64,000 bases of DNA from a virus: IMG/VR virus record IMGVR_UViG_3300037418_004082. One strand, 5' to 3'. Position numbers and translations under genes: made by a program. The notes under the pieces are model-generated. The model had not been told where the DNA came from. It saw only the letters and a list, made by a program, of their open reading frames with translations, and did not search any database. This document shows, piece by piece, positions 61,725 to 64,000 of the stretch. How positions within the stretch are numbered: position 1 is the first letter of the stretch; the number at the start of each line of letters is the position of its first letter.

Positions 61725-63565
61725 GCCGCGTCACCACCATTGGTCAACTCCTAGTCGAGGACGCCCTCCCGAAGGGCGTGAAGTCGCCGGGCTTGCTCGA
61801 CAAGTCCGGGATGGGCAAGCTCTTGAGCACCGTCGCCCAGACGCACCCGCAGCAGTACGGCGAGGTCGTGAAGTCGATCCGCGACGTCGGCAACCAGGTG
61901 GCCTTCGAGACGGGCAGCAGCTTCACGCTGGAGGATCTGGAGCCCAAGACGGGGATGCGCGACGCCGCGTTCGAGGAACACGAGGCAGAACTGCTGGCCG
62001 CGCGCAAGGCGCTCTCCGCCGACCCGCGCTCGACGGCGCTGCAGGCCCGGAAGATCGGTGTCCTCGCGAAGATCGAGGAGACTATGAACAAGGGCATCGG
62101 CGCGTTCGTCAAGAAGGCGCCCGACAACCTTACCGCCTGGGTAGCCTCTGGCGCCCGCGGCGACGTCGCGATGGCTCGCCAGATGGTCGGGATGGCCGGC
62201 ATGAACTTGGACGCCGCCAACCGTCTGATCCCGGAGATCGCGAAGCGGAGCTTGAGCGAGGGCTTGAGCCCTATCGACTTCCACGTGCACGCGCAGGGTG
62301 CGCGGCGCGGTCTCGTCAACACGTACCTGGCCGTGCGCGACCCCGGCGCGTTCGCCAAAGAGCTGAACACCATCCACATGGACATGCTCGTCACGGGCGC
62401 CGATTGCGGCACGACGCACGGCCGCGAGATGCTGACGTCCGACCCGGACATCGTGGACCGCTGTCTGGCCCAGGACGTGGCCGGCGTGGGCTACCGCAAC
62501 GACGTCATCACGACGGCCATGCGCGACGCGCTCGTGAAGCGTCACAAGACGGTGCAGGTCCGCTCGCCGCTGACGTGCACCCAGGTCACGGGCGTCTGCG
62601 CGCACTGCTTGGGGCTGAACGAGGAAGGCCGCCTGCCGCCGGTGGGTGAGCACGTGGGCCTCAAGGCGGCGCAAGCGCTCACGGAGCCCCTGACCCAGCT
62701 CGCGCTCAACCAGAAGCACACCGGCGGCGTCGTGGGCGCCGGCCGCAGCCCGCTGCAGAAGATCCTGACCTTCATGCACGCGCCCAAGAACTTCCCCGGC
62801 GCCGCGCCGCTCGCCCGCGCGAGCGGGACGATCACGTCGATCGACAAGGCGGCCGCGGGCGGCTACCACGTCCACATCGGCGAGCTGCAGCACTACGTCG
62901 GCCCGGAGTCGGAGCTGCGGGTCAAACCCGGCCAGGCCGTGGCCGCGGGCGACGTGTTGGGCAGCGGCCAGCCCAACCCGGTCGAGGTGGTGGCCTACAA
63001 GGGGATGCAGGAGGGCCGGCGCTACTTCGCCGACGAGCTGAAGAAGACCTACGCCGACGCGGGCATCCGCGGGCAGGGTCGCATCTTCGAGACCGTGGCA
63101 CGTGGCATCCTCAACCTGGGCCAGGTGGTGTCCGGCGGCCGCCACGACTACACGCCCGGCGAGATGGTCCACTGGAACGCCATCCAGGAACACCTCCCGA
63201 CCTCGCACGAGAGCGTCGCGACCGGCGGCGCCACGGGACGGATTCTCGCGCAGGAGGCCGGCGGCCTGCTCCCCTACACCACCCTCACCGCGACCCACGT
63301 GGAGAAGCTCAAGAAGCTGGGCTTGCCCAATGTGCCGGTCTTCCACAAGGACGCCCTCGTGGTGCGGCCGGTGATGCTGGGGACGGAGCGCGCGGCCCTG
63401 CACAAGGACGACTGGCTCGCGAACCTGGCCTTCCGCTTCGTCAACCGCACGTTCAAGGAGAACGCGGCCACGGGCGCCAAGGCGACGGTAGGCGGGGGCT
63501 TCAACCCCATCCCCACGTTCGTCTACGGCCAGCACTTCGGCGAAGGCAAGGGAGGGCGCTACTAA
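61721..63565 (+). CDS. rpoC(C): RNA polymerase beta' C-terminal subunit
   Basis: TTIGQLL..LDK; SGARG; QMVGMAG; EGLS; GARRGL (bridge helix); DCGT, RSPLTC..GVCAHC (Zn site); EPLTQLALNQKHTGG (trigger loop). Confidence 0.96.
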   Translation: MSRVTTIGQLLVEDALPKGVKSPGLLDKSGMGKLLSTVAQTHPQQYGEVVKSIRDVGNQVAFETGSSFTLEDLEPKTGMRDAAFEEHEAELLAARKALSADPRSTALQARKIGVLAKIEETMNKGIGAFVKKAPDNLTAWVASGARGDVAMARQMVGMAGMNLDAANRLIPEIAKRSLSEGLSPIDFHVHAQGARRGLVNTYLAVRDPGAFAKELNTIHMDMLVTGADCGTTHGREMLTSDPDIVDRCLAQDVAGVGYRNDVITTAMRDALVKRHKTVQVRSPLTCTQVTGVCAHCLGLNEEGRLPPVGEHVGLKAAQALTEPLTQLALNQKHTGGVVGAGRSPLQKILTFMHAPKNFPGAAPLARASGTITSIDKAAAGGYHVHIGELQHYVGPESELRVKPGQAVAAGDVLGSGQPNPVEVVAYKGMQEGRRYFADELKKTYADAGIRGQGRIFETVARGILNLGQVVSGGRHDYTPGEMVHWNAIQEHLPTSHESVATGGATGRILAQEAGGLLPYTTLTATHVEKLKKLGLPNVPVFHKDALVVRPVMLGTERAALHKDDWLANLAFRFVNRTFKENAATGAKATVGGGFNPIPTFVYGQHFGEGKGGRY

Positions 63566-64000
63566 TGGGAAGCAAGCGGGTGATGGGGAACTTCGGGCCG
63601 CCGGTGCCGGAGGATCCCCTGGCGATCGGTGCGGAGACCGAAGTCCAGCAGGCCGACATCGCGGCGATGATCGACCGCGTGCAAGGGCTCGTCTCGACGC
63701 GCTACGACATGCTGCCCATCTTCGTGCAGAGCGGCCTCTTGAGCGTGCTGCAGCAGAGCTACAGCGACGACCCCGATTACACGTGGGACAACGACCCCGA
63801 TCGTTCGCGTATCGTCATCACGCGTGACTGGCGTCGTGACGAGCAGAACCGTGATACGCGCCCCATCTTGTCGGTCTCGTTCAAACAATCCGTTGGCAAG
63901 CCCTACGCGATGGGCGATGCGATGGCTCGCACCGGGCTCGACACGGCGCTCGTCGAGAAGCGTAGCGTGATGGACATCTCGACCTTCGAGATCGTGGCAT
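63565..64000 (+). CDS. Hypothetical protein, possibly neck/tail-completion type (3' truncated)
   Basis: TAATG coupling; 145 open codons to the window end. Confidence 0.6.
   Translation, partial: MGSKRVMGNFGPPVPEDPLAIGAETEVQQADIAAMIDRVQGLVSTRYDMLPIFVQSGLLSVLQQSYSDDPDYTWDNDPDRSRIVITRDWRRDEQNRDTRPILSVSFKQSVGKPYAMGDAMARTGLDTALVEKRSVMDISTFEIVA

Noticed and set aside
1-64000. Alternative genetic code (stop reassignment or suppressor tRNA)
   Set aside because: TAA, TAG and TGA all end genes at positions coupled to the next start, long conserved genes are uninterrupted, and no CUA/UCA-anticodon tRNA was found.

Overview
This window is a high-GC fragment of a large tailed-phage (jumbo-phage-like) genome. 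All plausible genes are on the + strand and use the standard code. (1) About 1-14.5 kb is a dense accessory region of small genes, including a Topo VI-A/mini-A-like Toprim protein, two DUF4177-like proteins, a KGG stress-repeat protein, DUF3307, an acyl carrier protein, an ATP-dependent DNA ligase and a thermonuclease. (2) About 14.5-16.5 kb is a non-coding RNA island: tRNA-fMet(CAT) and tRNA-Ile(GAT) interleaved head-to-tail with several non-canonical tRNA-like structures, followed by a ~500-nt structured RNA candidate. (3) About 16.8-50.4 kb holds virion genes: glycine-zipper proteins, paralogous tail fibres, a lysis cassette, a long coiled-coil fibre, a tape-measure candidate and baseplate/hub proteins. 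(4) About 50.4-64 kb is a phage transcription module. It encodes a degenerate sigma70-family factor and a multisubunit RNA polymerase made of a beta-beta'(N-terminal) fusion (catalytic motif NMDFDGD, no beta' zinc-binding domain) plus a separately encoded beta' C-terminal chain. A class II ribonucleotide reductase and a SNF2-like helicase sit between the two RNAP genes. The motif GATAAT(T/C)Y occurs at 12 gene or operon starts and is the candidate phage promoter. All family assignments come from motif recognition and by-eye alignment; no database searches were run.
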